From: a virus
Length of the DNA: 64,000 nucleotides
Reading direction: 5' to 3' (one strand)
IMG/VR virus record: IMGVR_UViG_3300043395_002432
Coordinates: 32,001 to 96,000 of that record
In this document: positions 8,576-18,112 of the stretch, in pieces
Numbering within the stretch: position 1 is the stretch's first letter
How the letters are laid out: every line of letters starts with the position of its first letter
Notes under the pieces: generated by a model
What the model was told of the DNA's origin: nothing
The model's input: only the letters and a program-made list of their open reading frames with translations
Database searches by the model: none
Translations under genes and position numbers: made by a program

Positions 8576-9475
8576 TTAGAGAAGGTCGGCCAGGGCCGAC
8601 TCCAGCCCCAAGACCTCCAAGAGATGCCGCCGTTCCGTCACTGAAGCCCCCGCCTCCGTGTCGAGGTTCCGCATGATCGACTTCCGCACGGCGTCGAGCG
8701 CGGCAGGATCGCGCCGCAGGAGGTGCGCCATGTCCTTCAGCACCTCATGCTCCATGCGAGAGAGACGAACCGCCTGCCGAATGTAGTCCTCGAACGCCTC
8801 CGCCAGGATCGGGAAAAGCACCTTGAAGTGCTTGTACATCTCCTCGGCAAGCTCGCGGATCTCTACCTGCGCGTCGTGAGCGAGACGCAAGCGAAGGAAG
8901 TTCATGAGGTTCCAAGTGTCCATCGTGAAGTGGTACACCGTAGAGGAATCGAGCGAGAGCGCCTGCCGTGCCTGCTCCCGAGCCGCTCCCGCGTCGACCA
9001 TGTCGTGGTAGAGTTCCAGCCCGTTGGTGGAATGCTCGAGGAGACGACGGAGGAATTCGTTGCTCACCTCGGCGTCCACCAAGCCCTCGCTCATCTGGCG
9101 GTTCAGGGCGCTCTGCTTGCGGAGGGGGTACGACTTGATCCGCACAGGGAAGCCGTCAGCCGACGCCTCCCCCTTAGGCCGCTTGGTGTACCGGTCGCTA
9201 CGCACGGAGAGGCTCTGCGTCCGGTGCCGCACATGCTGCCGCTCTACCATGACGCTCGTCACGACCTGAAAGTGCATCTGGCCGAACTCGAGCGGCGACG
9301 TGTGCATGTCGCGCACCAAGCGCCGAAGGAGCGCCCGATCCGACGATGCCTTCTTCACTGAAGCCAAGCCCCCTACGGAGTTACGCGCCACTTCCGCCAG
9401 AAGGGCGTCCGTCCCGTAGTGTCCCACCAAGCGAATGGAGCTTCCGTTGGGAAGCGTTACCCAGGTCTCATTCAT
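8576..9475 (-). CDS. thyX: FAD-dependent thymidylate synthase
   Basis: HTSPLEF, RQHVRHRTQSLSVRSDRY (RHRx7S), AREQAR..L, NFLRLR...AQ.EIR. Confidence 0.96.
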   Translation of the reverse strand: MNETWVTLPNGSSIRLVGHYGTDALLAEVARNSVGGLASVKKASSDRALLRRLVRDMHTSPLEFGQMHFQVVTSVMVERQHVRHRTQSLSVRSDRYTKRPKGEASADGFPVRIKSYPLRKQSALNRQMSEGLVDAEVSNEFLRRLLEHSTNGLELYHDMVDAGAAREQARQALSLDSSTVYHFTMDTWNLMNFLRLRLAHDAQVEIRELAEEMYKHFKVLFPILAEAFEDYIRQAVRLSRMEHEVLKDMAHLLRRDPAALDAVRKSIMRNLDTEAGASVTERRHLLEVLGLESALADLL

Positions 9476-10007
9476 GCTGTCTCCTTGCCTCTTCGAATTG
9501 ATCCCACTTGAAGCGACTCCTCGCCGGAACGAGAAGACCGATCTCGCGTGAGGAGATCGGAATTCGAATTCGTTCATTCACCAAGAGCCACTCGTCCTCT
9601 CTAACCAAGGTGCCTCTGACCTCGAAGGAGTCCATCACACGGTATTCCTCTCCCACCAAGAGGAAGCCTCCGAGCGGCCCCTGCATGTCAAGGACTCTCG
9701 CCGCCGAGATGCCGACGTCGAGGTGTGCGCTCACCAAGAATGCCCGGTGGAGTGCCTCCTCCGCTCGCTCGAGCGTGATCCGGGTCGACACCGGGATCGG
9801 CTCAGGTATCCCGTCCGAGAGTCGCCACACGTCCCGCCGCTCCCCCTCTCCACCAAAGGCCGGAAGGATGGAGATCGTCTCCATCCCCTCCCGCAAGAGG
9901 CGCGGATACACCAAGACCTCTACCTCCCCAAGAGAAGCCGAGATCCGATACCACCAGCCCCGCTGAATACTGCAATGCCAAGAGGCGCGACGCACGAAAG
10001 CCCCCAT
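9468..10007 (-). CDS. Hypothetical protein
   Basis: Only long ORF spanning the gap; boundaries uncertain. Confidence 0.4.
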   Translation of the reverse strand: MGAFVRRASWHCSIQRGWWYRISASLGEVEVLVYPRLLREGMETISILPAFGGEGERRDVWRLSDGIPEPIPVSTRITLERAEEALHRAFLVSAHLDVGISAARVLDMQGPLGGFLLVGEEYRVMDSFEVRGTLVREDEWLLVNERIRIPISSREIGLLVPARSRFKWDQFEEARRQHE

Positions 10008-10020
10008 TCCTGGGGGCTTC
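9996..10020 (-). terminator. Intrinsic terminator after DUF1257 gene
   Basis: AAGCCCCCA-GGAA-TGGGGGCTTT hairpin. Confidence 0.55.
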
Positions 10021-10038
10021 TAACACGCCGAGGGCGGG

Positions 10039-10482
10039 CTACGAGTAGCGAGAGCAGACGAGCTGGATGCGACCGTCAGGCAGCACGGTCTTCTCGACCC
10101 CGTACCCCTCCGCAATCGCGGACTCCATCGTCAGCTCCTCGGCGTAGGTCGCGAGGGTCTGACGAAGCCAGTCCGTGTTATGGAACGCCCCGTCATGGTC
10201 GGGGACGTGCGGCACCCAGTGGGTGACCCCGTCCGTCACGACCCGCTCGAAGCCGACGTCGTTGTAGCCCCCAGGCGACGTCACCACGACACCCCTCCCA
10301 TGCTGCGACCCAGCCAGCACCAAGTGGGCGCGCTGCGTCTCATGGCGGTAGCCCTTGAGGTTCGTGCCGTTCTCAAAATAGAGCAGATCCTGCTCGCGGA
10401 TCTTGAGCGTTGCGGCGAGCGCCTTCTTCAGCAGGCGCAGGTTCGTGATCTGGGGACACTTGATAGGGGTGTAGGCTGACAT
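10039..10482 (-). CDS. DUF1257 (Ycf35-like) protein
   Basis: MS.YT.I...I.NL..L.KAL...NDVGFER...YA.......A...GY.V.....DGRIQLV; sits in Ycf46 cluster. Confidence 0.8.
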   Translation of the reverse strand: MSAYTPIKCPQITNLRLLKKALAATLKIREQDLLYFENGTNLKGYRHETQRAHLVLAGSQHGRGVVVTSPGGYNDVGFERVVTDGVTHWVPHVPDHDGAFHNTDWLRQTLATYAEELTMESAIAEGYGVEKTVLPDGRIQLVCSRYS

Positions 10483-10510
10483 TTGAACTCCTGAGGTGAG
10501 GTTGGGAAGA

Positions 10511-10762
10511 TCAGCGACCCGCGCCGACCATGCCGAGGATGATCGACTCCTGCTCGTCGTCCTTCTGCTCGACGGCGACGCCTCGGGGCAGAAGCCCACC
10601 AATGACGCCCTCGACGAGCGCCACGCAGCCAGCACCACCGGGGCCACCAGCGGTGACCTCGGCGCTCACAGCGATCTTCTGCGGGCCACCCTTGAGGTCG
10701 TTCTTGTAGCGGCTCCCGATCTCGAAAGCCGAGGGATCGATGATCACGGTCACTTGTTGCAT
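10511..10762 (-). CDS. DUF2997-like small protein
   Basis: MQQVTVIIDP...EV...G.G.GC.ALVE pattern; canonical position between Ycf46 AAA and DUF1257. Confidence 0.55.
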   Translation of the reverse strand: MQQVTVIIDPSAFEIGSRYKNDLKGGPQKIAVSAEVTAGGPGGAGCVALVEGVIGGLLPRGVAVEQKDDEQESIILGMVGAGR

Positions 10763-10763
10763 T

Positions 10764-11396
10764 TTACACTCCTTGTCGTGAGAACATATTCAGCATTCTC
10801 TGGGAAGGGAACCCCAGAAATGTCACGGAACCGTCCGGGGCGATCTGGATCTCCGTCCCCCGCTGAGCGAAGTCGAATTCGCTGAAGCGGTTAGTGAGGT
10901 GGTGAAATTGCTGGTTGGCGGAACCAGCCATGCGGACGGTCTCTGGCTGACGCAGGTCGAACGGCCCGTCGATCAGCGTGTCCACCAAGCCCTCCCCCTC
11001 GATCTGGCACCAAAGGGGGCGCTTGAGGAGGAAGGATCGCGTGCGGCCCGAGTAGAGAATGACGCTCTCCACTCGGGGGCGAGCCACGCGCAGGAACTCG
11101 AGCAGCTCAGGGAGCTGATCTGTGGGTTCCCCCCCCGAGATCGTGAGGTGCGTGCTGACGCTCAGCACCTCACGAACGAGCGCCTCAGGGGTGAAGTGTC
11201 GCACCAACACCCCAGCGGGGCTGTGGGTGTGGGGATTGAAGCACCCTGGGCAGCCAATGCTGCACCCCGCCGTGTGCAGGACAGCTCGCAGCCCAGGGCC
11301 GTCGACTCTCGACGGTACGATCTCTCCGTAGATCCTCACCCTACCTCCAGCCCCTCTAAGATAGGCACCGACGCGGGTTTGTCCGCGCCTTGACAC
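10764..11396 (-). CDS. Radical SAM protein, NrdG (anaerobic RNR activase)-like
   Basis: SRVDGPGLR...GCSIGCPGCFNP (CxxxCxxC), TISGGEP, LIDGPF, GSANQ. Start uncertain. Confidence 0.9.
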   Translation of the reverse strand: MSRRGQTRVGAYLRGAGGRVRIYGEIVPSRVDGPGLRAVLHTAGCSIGCPGCFNPHTHSPAGVLVRHFTPEALVREVLSVSTHLTISGGEPTDQLPELLEFLRVARPRVESVILYSGRTRSFLLKRPLWCQIEGEGLVDTLIDGPFDLRQPETVRMAGSANQQFHHLTNRFSEFDFAQRGTEIQIAPDGSVTFLGFPSQRMLNMFSRQGV

Positions 11397-11408
11397 GATC
11401 CTGACAAT

Positions 11409-13211
11409 TCAGGCGTCGAAGTCGTCGCTCTGATACGAGATCAGGGGAGAGAGCGGCGCGGGCGAAGGCTTCACAACCTCCAGCGAGCGAGCCAGACGCG
11501 CCCGATCCCGACCGAACGCCTGCATTGCCTTGATCTGATCGCCCATAGTCTTCGAGAGCGGGCGTGTCGCGTTGGCCGCTTGTGTTAGATCCGCCACCGT
11601 CAGATCCCGCATGCCGTCGTCAAAGGCGATCAGCACGGCTTCCTGCACCACGCCCTCGATCTCAGCACCAGAGAAGCCCTCGGTCGCCTCGAGGATCTGC
11701 CCCACCGAATTCGAATTCGTGATCGCGTCAGGATTGCGTCCCGTCTTCCGAATGTGAATCCCGAGGATCTCCTTTCGCTCGTCCGCGTTAGGGAGGTCGA
11801 CGAAGAAGATCTCGTCGAAGCGCCCCTTTCGCAGCAGCTCAGGCGGGAGCTTGCTGATATCGTTCGCCGTCGCCATGACGAACACAGGATCGCGCTTGTC
11901 ATTCATCCATGACAGGATCGTCCCCATTACACGCGACATCGTCCCGCCGTCCGACGACCCGCTGGAGGCGGCACCGCTCAGCCCCTTCTCGATCTCGTCG
12001 AGCCAGAGAACGCAAGGGGAAAGCTTCTCAGCGAGAGCCAGGGTCTTGCGGGTGTTTTCCTCGGAAGCCCCCACAAGCCCAGCGAAAAGCTGGCCCATGT
12101 CGAGGCGGAGACACGGCACCTCGAGGAGCGACGCGACGGCTGCGACGGAGGCGCTCTTGCCCGTTCCCGGTACACCAAGCATCAGCACCCCCTTCGGAGC
12201 CTTTACGCCGAACTTGAGCGCCTCGGGCGAGAACGCACGCTTTCTGATCCCGATCCACCGCTTGAATTCCCCCATGCCCCCGATCTCGGCCATCGGCTTC
12301 GGCGGGTAGAATGTGAGCATTCCGCCCTTCGAGATGGACTCGACCTTCGCCTTCGTGACCTCCGCGATCAGCTCCTTTGAGGGGTCTTCCGTCGCATTGC
12401 GGATCGCAATGCTGACGAAGTTCCGCATCTCCACAAGGGAGAGACCCTTGCATGCCGTCACCAATGCCGCGAGCTTGTCGGGTGCCTCGTAGGGAATGAC
12501 GACCGGGGACGTCGCCTTCGACTGGCGAAGGAGGCTGCTAAGCTGCTTGCGAAGCTCATCTGCCCCCGGCGTCCCAGGCTGAATGCGGAGCGCGTCAATG
12601 TCCAGCCCAGGGATTGACGCCTGCGTCTTAGCGTCGAGGAAGATCAGCGTCAGCCCCTGCGCCCGAAGCCGGAAGGTGAGGTCGCGCAATGCCCGCGCCT
12701 CTACCGCATGCTCCGCGACGTATCGCCAAGCGTCGAGAAACACGATCCATGGCATGCTGTTCTTGCCATAGCCCCGGAAGTCGAAAACGTCCCCGCTGGG
12801 CGACTCCTTCTCCTTGAGCGGCCCCTTGCTGATCAGGTTCGTCAGCGCGACGTCAATGTGGCCGAGGGCAGCCGCCAACTGGCGGATCGGCGCGTTGTTG
12901 AACAGCGCCGGGTTTTTGTACTGAACGACACGCTTGGTGGCGTCCGATTCCGAGATGCTCTCGGCCTTCATGATCGAGTGAGCCTCCACGGCGATCTCCG
13001 CATAGCTCCTCGCCTGCTGGAAGCCTTTGGTGGCAGTCCAGATCCAGAAGTCACGCCCCGTACCGAGGGCGGCGAGGCGGAGATCGCTGAGGTAGCGCAC
13101 CTCCTCTCGGGTCTCGACGCACACCATGCCGACGCGTGAGGCGAGGACAGCCTCGAGGTCGGCGGGAAGGAATCGAACCGGCGCATTAGGCTCGGCTTGC
13201 TGAATGCTCAT
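11409..13211 (-). CDS. Ycf46-like AAA+ ATPase
   Basis: Degenerate N-terminal ATPase (ETREE.R, WT...G); PKGVLMLGVPGTGKS; LWLDEIEKG; LPPELLRKGRFDEIFFVDLP. Confidence 0.92.
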   Translation of the reverse strand: MSIQQAEPNAPVRFLPADLEAVLASRVGMVCVETREEVRYLSDLRLAALGTGRDFWIWTATKGFQQARSYAEIAVEAHSIMKAESISESDATKRVVQYKNPALFNNAPIRQLAAALGHIDVALTNLISKGPLKEKESPSGDVFDFRGYGKNSMPWIVFLDAWRYVAEHAVEARALRDLTFRLRAQGLTLIFLDAKTQASIPGLDIDALRIQPGTPGADELRKQLSSLLRQSKATSPVVIPYEAPDKLAALVTACKGLSLVEMRNFVSIAIRNATEDPSKELIAEVTKAKVESISKGGMLTFYPPKPMAEIGGMGEFKRWIGIRKRAFSPEALKFGVKAPKGVLMLGVPGTGKSASVAAVASLLEVPCLRLDMGQLFAGLVGASEENTRKTLALAEKLSPCVLWLDEIEKGLSGAASSGSSDGGTMSRVMGTILSWMNDKRDPVFVMATANDISKLPPELLRKGRFDEIFFVDLPNADERKEILGIHIRKTGRNPDAITNSNSVGQILEATEGFSGAEIEGVVQEAVLIAFDDGMRDLTVADLTQAANATRPLSKTMGDQIKAMQAFGRDRARLARSLEVVKPSPAPLSPLISYQSDDFDA

Positions 13212-13289
13212 TTGAATGCTCCGTCGCTGAAGTTAGGATCAGCCCCGACCATTCGTCGCTAAGAACGTGTCAAGGCGAAGTCGAATTCG

Positions 13290-13835
13290 TCAGATCTCTC
13301 CCAGGGGACGCTCCCCCGAGATTGGCTGCCAGTCACCAAGATCGAGGGTCTCCTCCGTGAGCGCGGGAAGGACGACCTGGGGGCGTGCCTCCTCGACCAC
13401 CAAGACCTCGTCGTCCCCGGACTCCACTTGGTGCGGTATCGCGGCGTCGAAGCCGATCTGCTCCTCTTGGGGGGTGCGCGCTCGAGCGATCCGCAGCTTG
13501 GTGGCTTGGTTCTCATTCCGCTGCGCGACTCGCTCCCGCTCCCGCAACGCGAGCAGCTTGGGGATCGCCAGTGAAGCCCCTGGAGCGATCTGGTAGCCAC
13601 ACGCGCACCGGTACGACGCACGAAGCGCCTTCAGGACGCTCCGCTCAGCCTCCGTTAGATCCACGCGGGCCAGGGCGACCTTGCAACGAGGACACGAGGG
13701 GGCGTCCCGACGCGGCTCGAGGGCAGGGATCTGCATTAGGCCCGACATGGGCCGCAGCGGCTGCTCTGCCACACCAGCCCGAGAAGGCGCAGTGGTCGCA
13801 GGAAGCGGATCGTCTTTAGCTACCCTGAACGCCAT
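13290..13835 (-). CDS. Hypothetical Zn-ribbon protein
   Basis: CPRC...CACGY. Confidence 0.55.
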   Translation of the reverse strand: MAFRVAKDDPLPATTAPSRAGVAEQPLRPMSGLMQIPALEPRRDAPSCPRCKVALARVDLTEAERSVLKALRASYRCACGYQIAPGASLAIPKLLALRERERVAQRNENQATKLRIARARTPQEEQIGFDAAIPHQVESGDDEVLVVEEARPQVVLPALTEETLDLGDWQPISGERPLGEI

Positions 13836-14184
13836 TCGGCACCTCCGCAGCCGCCGCCGAGACCTCGACCTCGGCTGGGCCGACGTACCGCTGGAGGACA
13901 GCGGCCACGTGCTTGCACGGGCCAGACGTCTGCCCATGATCGGCGCAGGTACACTGGAAGAACGGCACCTTGAGGTCGATCAAGACCTCGTAGTGAGAGA
14001 CGTCCCACTTCGAGTGAGACTCGACTCGCGCCTGAATGACGCGGCACTTCCGCGCCGTCGCCCTCATGACGTTGAGCTTCTTGGCCCGGTTCAGCCGAGC
14101 CTGATCCGCCTGCCCGAGCAGGTTCCTCGCGCTGACCTTGGACTCCTCCAGGGTCAGCCCCTTCTCCTCGATGTCCGTGTTCAT
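13816..14184 (-). CDS. SWIM zinc-finger protein
   Basis: Y.V.I......QCTCAD......PCKHVAAV (CxC...CxH). Confidence 0.8.
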   Translation of the reverse strand: MNTDIEEKGLTLEESKVSARNLLGQADQARLNRAKKLNVMRATARKCRVIQARVESHSKWDVSHYEVLIDLKVPFFQCTCADHGQTSGPCKHVAAVLQRYVGPAEVEVSAAAAEVPNGVQGS

Positions 14185-14254
14185 GCCCCCAAGATAGGGA
14201 CGAGCGCCGAGAGGAGGAGGGGGTCTCGGGGGGCTTAGCATGTTCTTGACACAA

Positions 14255-14920
14255 TCATGTAGCTGGCTTGAGCGGGGCCAGCGCAAGAAGCTCGACGTCG
14301 AACCAGCCTCGTACTTGGTGCGGAATGGAGCCGATCAGGAGCGTTCCCGATCCGTCGCCCTCCAGGGTGAGGATCGTCTTCTTGCCGAAGAGATCCCGCT
14401 GGAGGGGCTGCTGGAGCTTCACCCGCTGCTTGTACTGCATGGTGACCTCCACCTCCCCCTTTGCCTGAATGAATCCGTAGAGGTGCGCCTCCTCGGCCCA
14501 CATGAAGCCATGAAAGGGAGCAATGGGCCGACCGGCACGAAAGGAGACGTACCGCCAGACACGATACGAGTAGACGCGGGCCTTCCGCAGAAGGGTCGCC
14601 ACCAAGAAGCCCCACCAATGCTCAGCACTCGGACGGAGCGTCGGAGGTCTTGGTGGCGACGTCCAGCCATTCGGAAAGAAGGAGGAGACGATCCCCCATG
14701 CCTCGGGATCGTCCTCCCAAGCCGGATCTCGACCCAGGCTGTTCACCACTGCGGCGATCTCGCGCTCGATCTCCTCCGCCTCGGCAGGAGAGAATTGCGC
14801 CTGCTGCACCAATGCGGCCAGAAGATCCGCGTCAGGAGCAAACTTCGACGGCTGAGGAGGGGACTGGCTCATGCATGCATTATGCCCCCTCTGCACCAAA
14901 GGGGCGAGCGAGAGCTTCAT
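14255..14920 (-). CDS. Hypothetical protein
   Basis: ORF in gene string; start probably near 14873. Confidence 0.5.
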   Translation of the reverse strand: MKLSLAPLVQRGHNACMSQSPPQPSKFAPDADLLAALVQQAQFSPAEAEEIEREIAAVVNSLGRDPAWEDDPEAWGIVSSFFPNGWTSPPRPPTLRPSAEHWWGFLVATLLRKARVYSYRVWRYVSFRAGRPIAPFHGFMWAEEAHLYGFIQAKGEVEVTMQYKQRVKLQQPLQRDLFGKKTILTLEGDGSGTLLIGSIPHQVRGWFDVELLALAPLKPAT

Positions 14921-15308
14921 GCGCTTGGTGCAGCAAGTCCGCGATCTTGGACGTGTCCAACCACGGGGAAGGCTTCTCCGTCAAGATCTGCCACGGCTGA
15001 TCGTCGGACTCAGACGTCGCACCAAACTCGATCACGCTGCTCCCGTCAGAAATTCGCAGCAGACTCGAATCAATCCAAAGCCCCACGCCGTCCGAAAGAA
15101 CGAAGTCGATCTCGTTCTCCGAACGAATCTCCACCAAGCCAAGCGGTAGCTCAAGGTGCTTCGGGTATGAAGCTCTGCGCTGTGTTCGAGCGTAGAGCCG
15201 CGCCACGGTAAGGCCAGCAGTGCGAAGACCTCGGAGATTCTTCATCATCTCCGCAAAGACCCTTCGCACCTGATTTTCAGGGATCAGACACAGCGACATC
15301 GTAGACAT
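14880..15308 (-). CDS. Hypothetical protein
   Basis: GAGGAG RBS; 142 aa. Confidence 0.6.
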   Translation of the reverse strand: MSTMSLCLIPENQVRRVFAEMMKNLRGLRTAGLTVARLYARTQRRASYPKHLELPLGLVEIRSENEIDFVLSDGVGLWIDSSLLRISDGSSVIEFGATSESDDQPWQILTEKPSPWLDTSKIADLLHQAHEALARPFGAEGA

Positions 15309-15385
15309 GCACTCCTCGGTTCACCAAGAAGTACACACCAAGCGCACGCGACCTCACTCGAACCCTGTAAAGAATGTGCTAAGAG

Positions 15386-16054
15386 CTATCCGAGCCGTTG
15401 ACCGCTCTGGTACACCAGACGGTACGCATGCTGGAGCCGAGAGAAGGCGAAGGCGGTCGCCTCAGCGTTCGGGATGTACGCGAAGCCACGCTCAATGCCA
15501 AGCTCTACCCCGTCCTCCGCCAGCCAGAAGACCTCAGGGGGGAACTTCGCCGTCCACGGCTCACTGCAGCCCCGAGGGAAGAACTCCGTGCTGAAGTCCA
15601 CCAAGAAGGGATCAGCACCGACAGGAATGACCGCATTCCAGATATGGATCTCGGGAAGATCCGTGTCCGCCACAACGCTCCGATTCAGCGCGTCCTTTTG
15701 CCAATCAGGATTCCATTCGTACCCGAACGCGTTGATCTTGGCTTCAGCGTCGTCATTGATCCGCCAACAGACCGTGCCAGCCTGCGAAAGAACGCGAACC
15801 CCAAGCTCCTGACCCGCACGAATCGCAGCCAACGCATGCCAGAGACAGCGGCCAGGGGCGTCAGGAGCGAACCCCCGCATCTCCGCAATGCGCCTTAGGT
15901 GCTTCCGCTGCCGATCCTTCAGCAGCATTCGCTGCTCCCGAGAGAAGGAAACCGACCCGACGACGGAGGGGTGCCGCGTAGATCCCTCGGGAGGATAGAG
16001 GTTGTTCTGATTCTGCCAGCCCTGAGGGGTGACGCTCCGAATGAAGTCCTGCAA
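15386..16054 (-). CDS. Hypothetical protein
   Basis: 222 aa with GRC..H..A / H.W / D pattern, possibly a papain/transglutaminase-like triad. Confidence 0.55.
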   Translation of the reverse strand: MQDFIRSVTPQGWQNQNNLYPPEGSTRHPSVVGSVSFSREQRMLLKDRQRKHLRRIAEMRGFAPDAPGRCLWHALAAIRAGQELGVRVLSQAGTVCWRINDDAEAKINAFGYEWNPDWQKDALNRSVVADTDLPEIHIWNAVIPVGADPFLVDFSTEFFPRGCSEPWTAKFPPEVFWLAEDGVELGIERGFAYIPNAEATAFAFSRLQHAYRLVYQSGQRLG

Positions 16055-16082
16055 ACGCTCTCCTGAGCGAAGTCGAATTCGC

Positions 16083-16652
16083 TCAAAACGAGCGTATCAC
16101 CCCTTCGGAGGCATGTGCTGGCCACTCTGGTAAAATCTCTGCAAGCTGCGAATTCGTCAGATCCTCGAACTGCTTGCCGAAGCGCACCTCGTACCAGTCG
16201 TCCTTCCCCTGGGTAGCCCGAGGGAGCGACGCGAGCCGAAGGAGGTTCGCCCGGTGAGAACGAATCATCCCCTCCGTACACCAAGAGGGGAACTCCTTCT
16301 GATACCGCTCCTCCTTTCCGAACTGCTTGATCAGACGCTCCCGAAAATCGGGATACGTCGTCTTGCGCTTGTTGGTGCCTGCCAGGAAGTCGTTCCGACC
16401 GTACAGCTCCCCAGCGTACATGATCGCCACCGTCACCAAGACCCCGCGAAAGACCCCAGCCCGCCAGCAGTTCCGCAAACGCGGAACGTCGCAGTCCCCC
16501 TCGAGGATGCGAATCGCCGTCTCCACCGAATCACGCAGATCCTCCGCATGAAGGAGACTGGCACTCCTGCTAATGCTCTCGTCGACAATCCAGAGCCGTT
16601 CGGCCCGCTCCTTGCTCGCCTTCTCCGCCTTCGCCTTCCCTGCTTTGCTCAT
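16083..16652 (-). CDS. Divergent pyrimidine-dimer DNA glycosylase (DenV / MSMEG_6728-like)
   Basis: SA.LL....L...VE.A..IL and PSW......SHRANLLR...Y...F......WP patterns. Confidence 0.55.
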   Translation of the reverse strand: MSKAGKAKAEKASKERAERLWIVDESISRSASLLHAEDLRDSVETAIRILEGDCDVPRLRNCWRAGVFRGVLVTVAIMYAGELYGRNDFLAGTNKRKTTYPDFRERLIKQFGKEERYQKEFPSWCTEGMIRSHRANLLRLASLPRATQGKDDWYEVRFGKQFEDLTNSQLAEILPEWPAHASEGVIRSF

Positions 16653-16727
16653 TGAGCCTCCAAGCTCGGAGCTATCACGCAGCGAATTCGAATGCACTGA
16701 GAATCTTGGTGCCTTGACAAATTCTCG

Positions 16728-16994
16728 TCATTCACCAAGAGGCTGGATCGCCTCAGGGGGGAGCGGGAGAGCGGCGTTGACCTCTGTCTTTGTCGCTTCA
16801 GGATGGATCAGGTAGAGGTATCGATCCAAGTACGCCTGCCCGCCAATGTAGGCTACAGCCACGAAGCCAAAGATGCTCAACGCCATGAGCTTCACCGTCA
16901 CGCTCTCCTCCCCAGACATGAGGTGCCACAGGATCATCAGCACCAAGACGGTCAGGAGGAACTTCTTCGACTCCAACGGAGAGCGCGGCTTCAT
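16728..16994 (-). CDS. Two-TM membrane protein, holin-like
   Basis: L.SKKFLL then hydrophobic helix; second helix ending AYIGGQAYLD. Confidence 0.6.
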   Translation of the reverse strand: MKPRSPLESKKFLLTVLVLMILWHLMSGEESVTVKLMALSIFGFVAVAYIGGQAYLDRYLYLIHPEATKTEVNAALPLPPEAIQPLGE

Positions 16995-17072
16995 CTGGAA
17001 GCCTTGAACCGAATTCAGAAGAACGAGCAAGGCCACCCGAAGGTGGCCTTGGTGGCGTGAGGGCGAGGGAAG

Positions 17073-17438
17073 TTACTCCAGAGCTGCGTCGAGGTAGCCC
17101 TTCAGCGTCGGCATCGCCTGCCGCATGACCCCGTCGAGGTTGAACTCGCGCAGCAGGTACTTGTCCATCCGGTCGATCAGGTTCGCCTGCGCCTTCCACC
17201 GGTTGGAATCCTCGTCAGGAGAGGCGAAGCTCCGCCCGTCGTCACCAACGCCGTCAAGCGCCTTGTCGATCAATGCCTGCCGAAGCTGCGACAGCGCGAA
17301 CCGGACACGCTCCTCGGGGGTGTGCTTCATGCTGTAGTGCGGCCCGACGTCGGAGGCGAAGCACTCTTCCAACCGACCTGAGGCACCAAGCGGGTGCGTC
17401 GAGAACTCATGAGCCTCTTCAATGCGCGGACGAATCAT
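17073..17438 (-). CDS. Hypothetical protein
   Basis: AGGAG RBS before ATG 17438. Confidence 0.55.
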   Translation of the reverse strand: MIRPRIEEAHEFSTHPLGASGRLEECFASDVGPHYSMKHTPEERVRFALSQLRQALIDKALDGVGDDGRSFASPDEDSNRWKAQANLIDRMDKYLLREFNLDGVMRQAMPTLKGYLDAALE

Positions 17439-17470
17439 AGGGCGTACTCCTGTCTTGGTGCTTAGCAGGA

Positions 17471-17854
17471 TTACGCAGAGCCAGCGAGGTAGAACCATAC
17501 GTCTGCGACGTAGCTCGATCCGTTGCTAATGCTGATCGAGCTTACCTCAGGCGGCGTGAGCAGCAGATACCCGTAGGTGAAGCCAGCCAAGGGCCGAACA
17601 GACAAAATCGTCCCGTCGTTCAGATTGACCGTGATATCCCGCGTCGTCCGCAAGAGAATGAAGCTCACCGTCGTCAGATCACCAAGATCCAACACCTGAT
17701 CCTCAGCACCAACCGCCAAGCGGAGCTTCCGCGCCGCACCAGCGTCGACCTCCTCGTCCACCTCGTGGTTCACCCCAGGATCGAGGTTGAACACGTCCTT
17801 CTCCTCAGCCGTCGTCGAGGAGAGCGAAGAAATGAGCTTGAGCTTCAGGCGCAT
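17471..17854 (-). CDS. Putative virion protein (beta-sandwich)
   Basis: Beta-rich 127 aa ending in a hydrophobic strand-AG. Confidence 0.5.
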   Translation of the reverse strand: MRLKLKLISSLSSTTAEEKDVFNLDPGVNHEVDEEVDAGAARKLRLAVGAEDQVLDLGDLTTVSFILLRTTRDITVNLNDGTILSVRPLAGFTYGYLLLTPPEVSSISISNGSSYVADVWFYLAGSA

Positions 17855-17917
17855 CCGAGACCTCTCTGGGAGAGATTCATCGGTTTCGCGCCCCAGCGCA
17901 AGCGAATTCGAATTCGC

Positions 17918-18112
17918 TCAGATCCAGAGGGTGGCGACCAGAGAGGCGAAGTTCGCCTCCGTCCACTCGGGGACGTCGGCCCCGATCTCACCGTTCTCGA
18001 GATCCTCAGCGAGGATCTCGTCGCGGTCGACGCTGGCCAGCATCTCGGCCCGCTCGGAGGCGGTGGTGGCGGTGAGGTCGTCGAGGCTGTCGTTGATGAG
18101 GCAGAAGAGCAT
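17918..18112 (-). CDS. Small acidic hypothetical protein
   Basis: GGAG RBS; 64 aa. Confidence 0.45.
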   Translation of the reverse strand: MLFCLINDSLDDLTATTASERAEMLASVDRDEILAEDLENGEIGADVPEWTEANFASLVATLWI

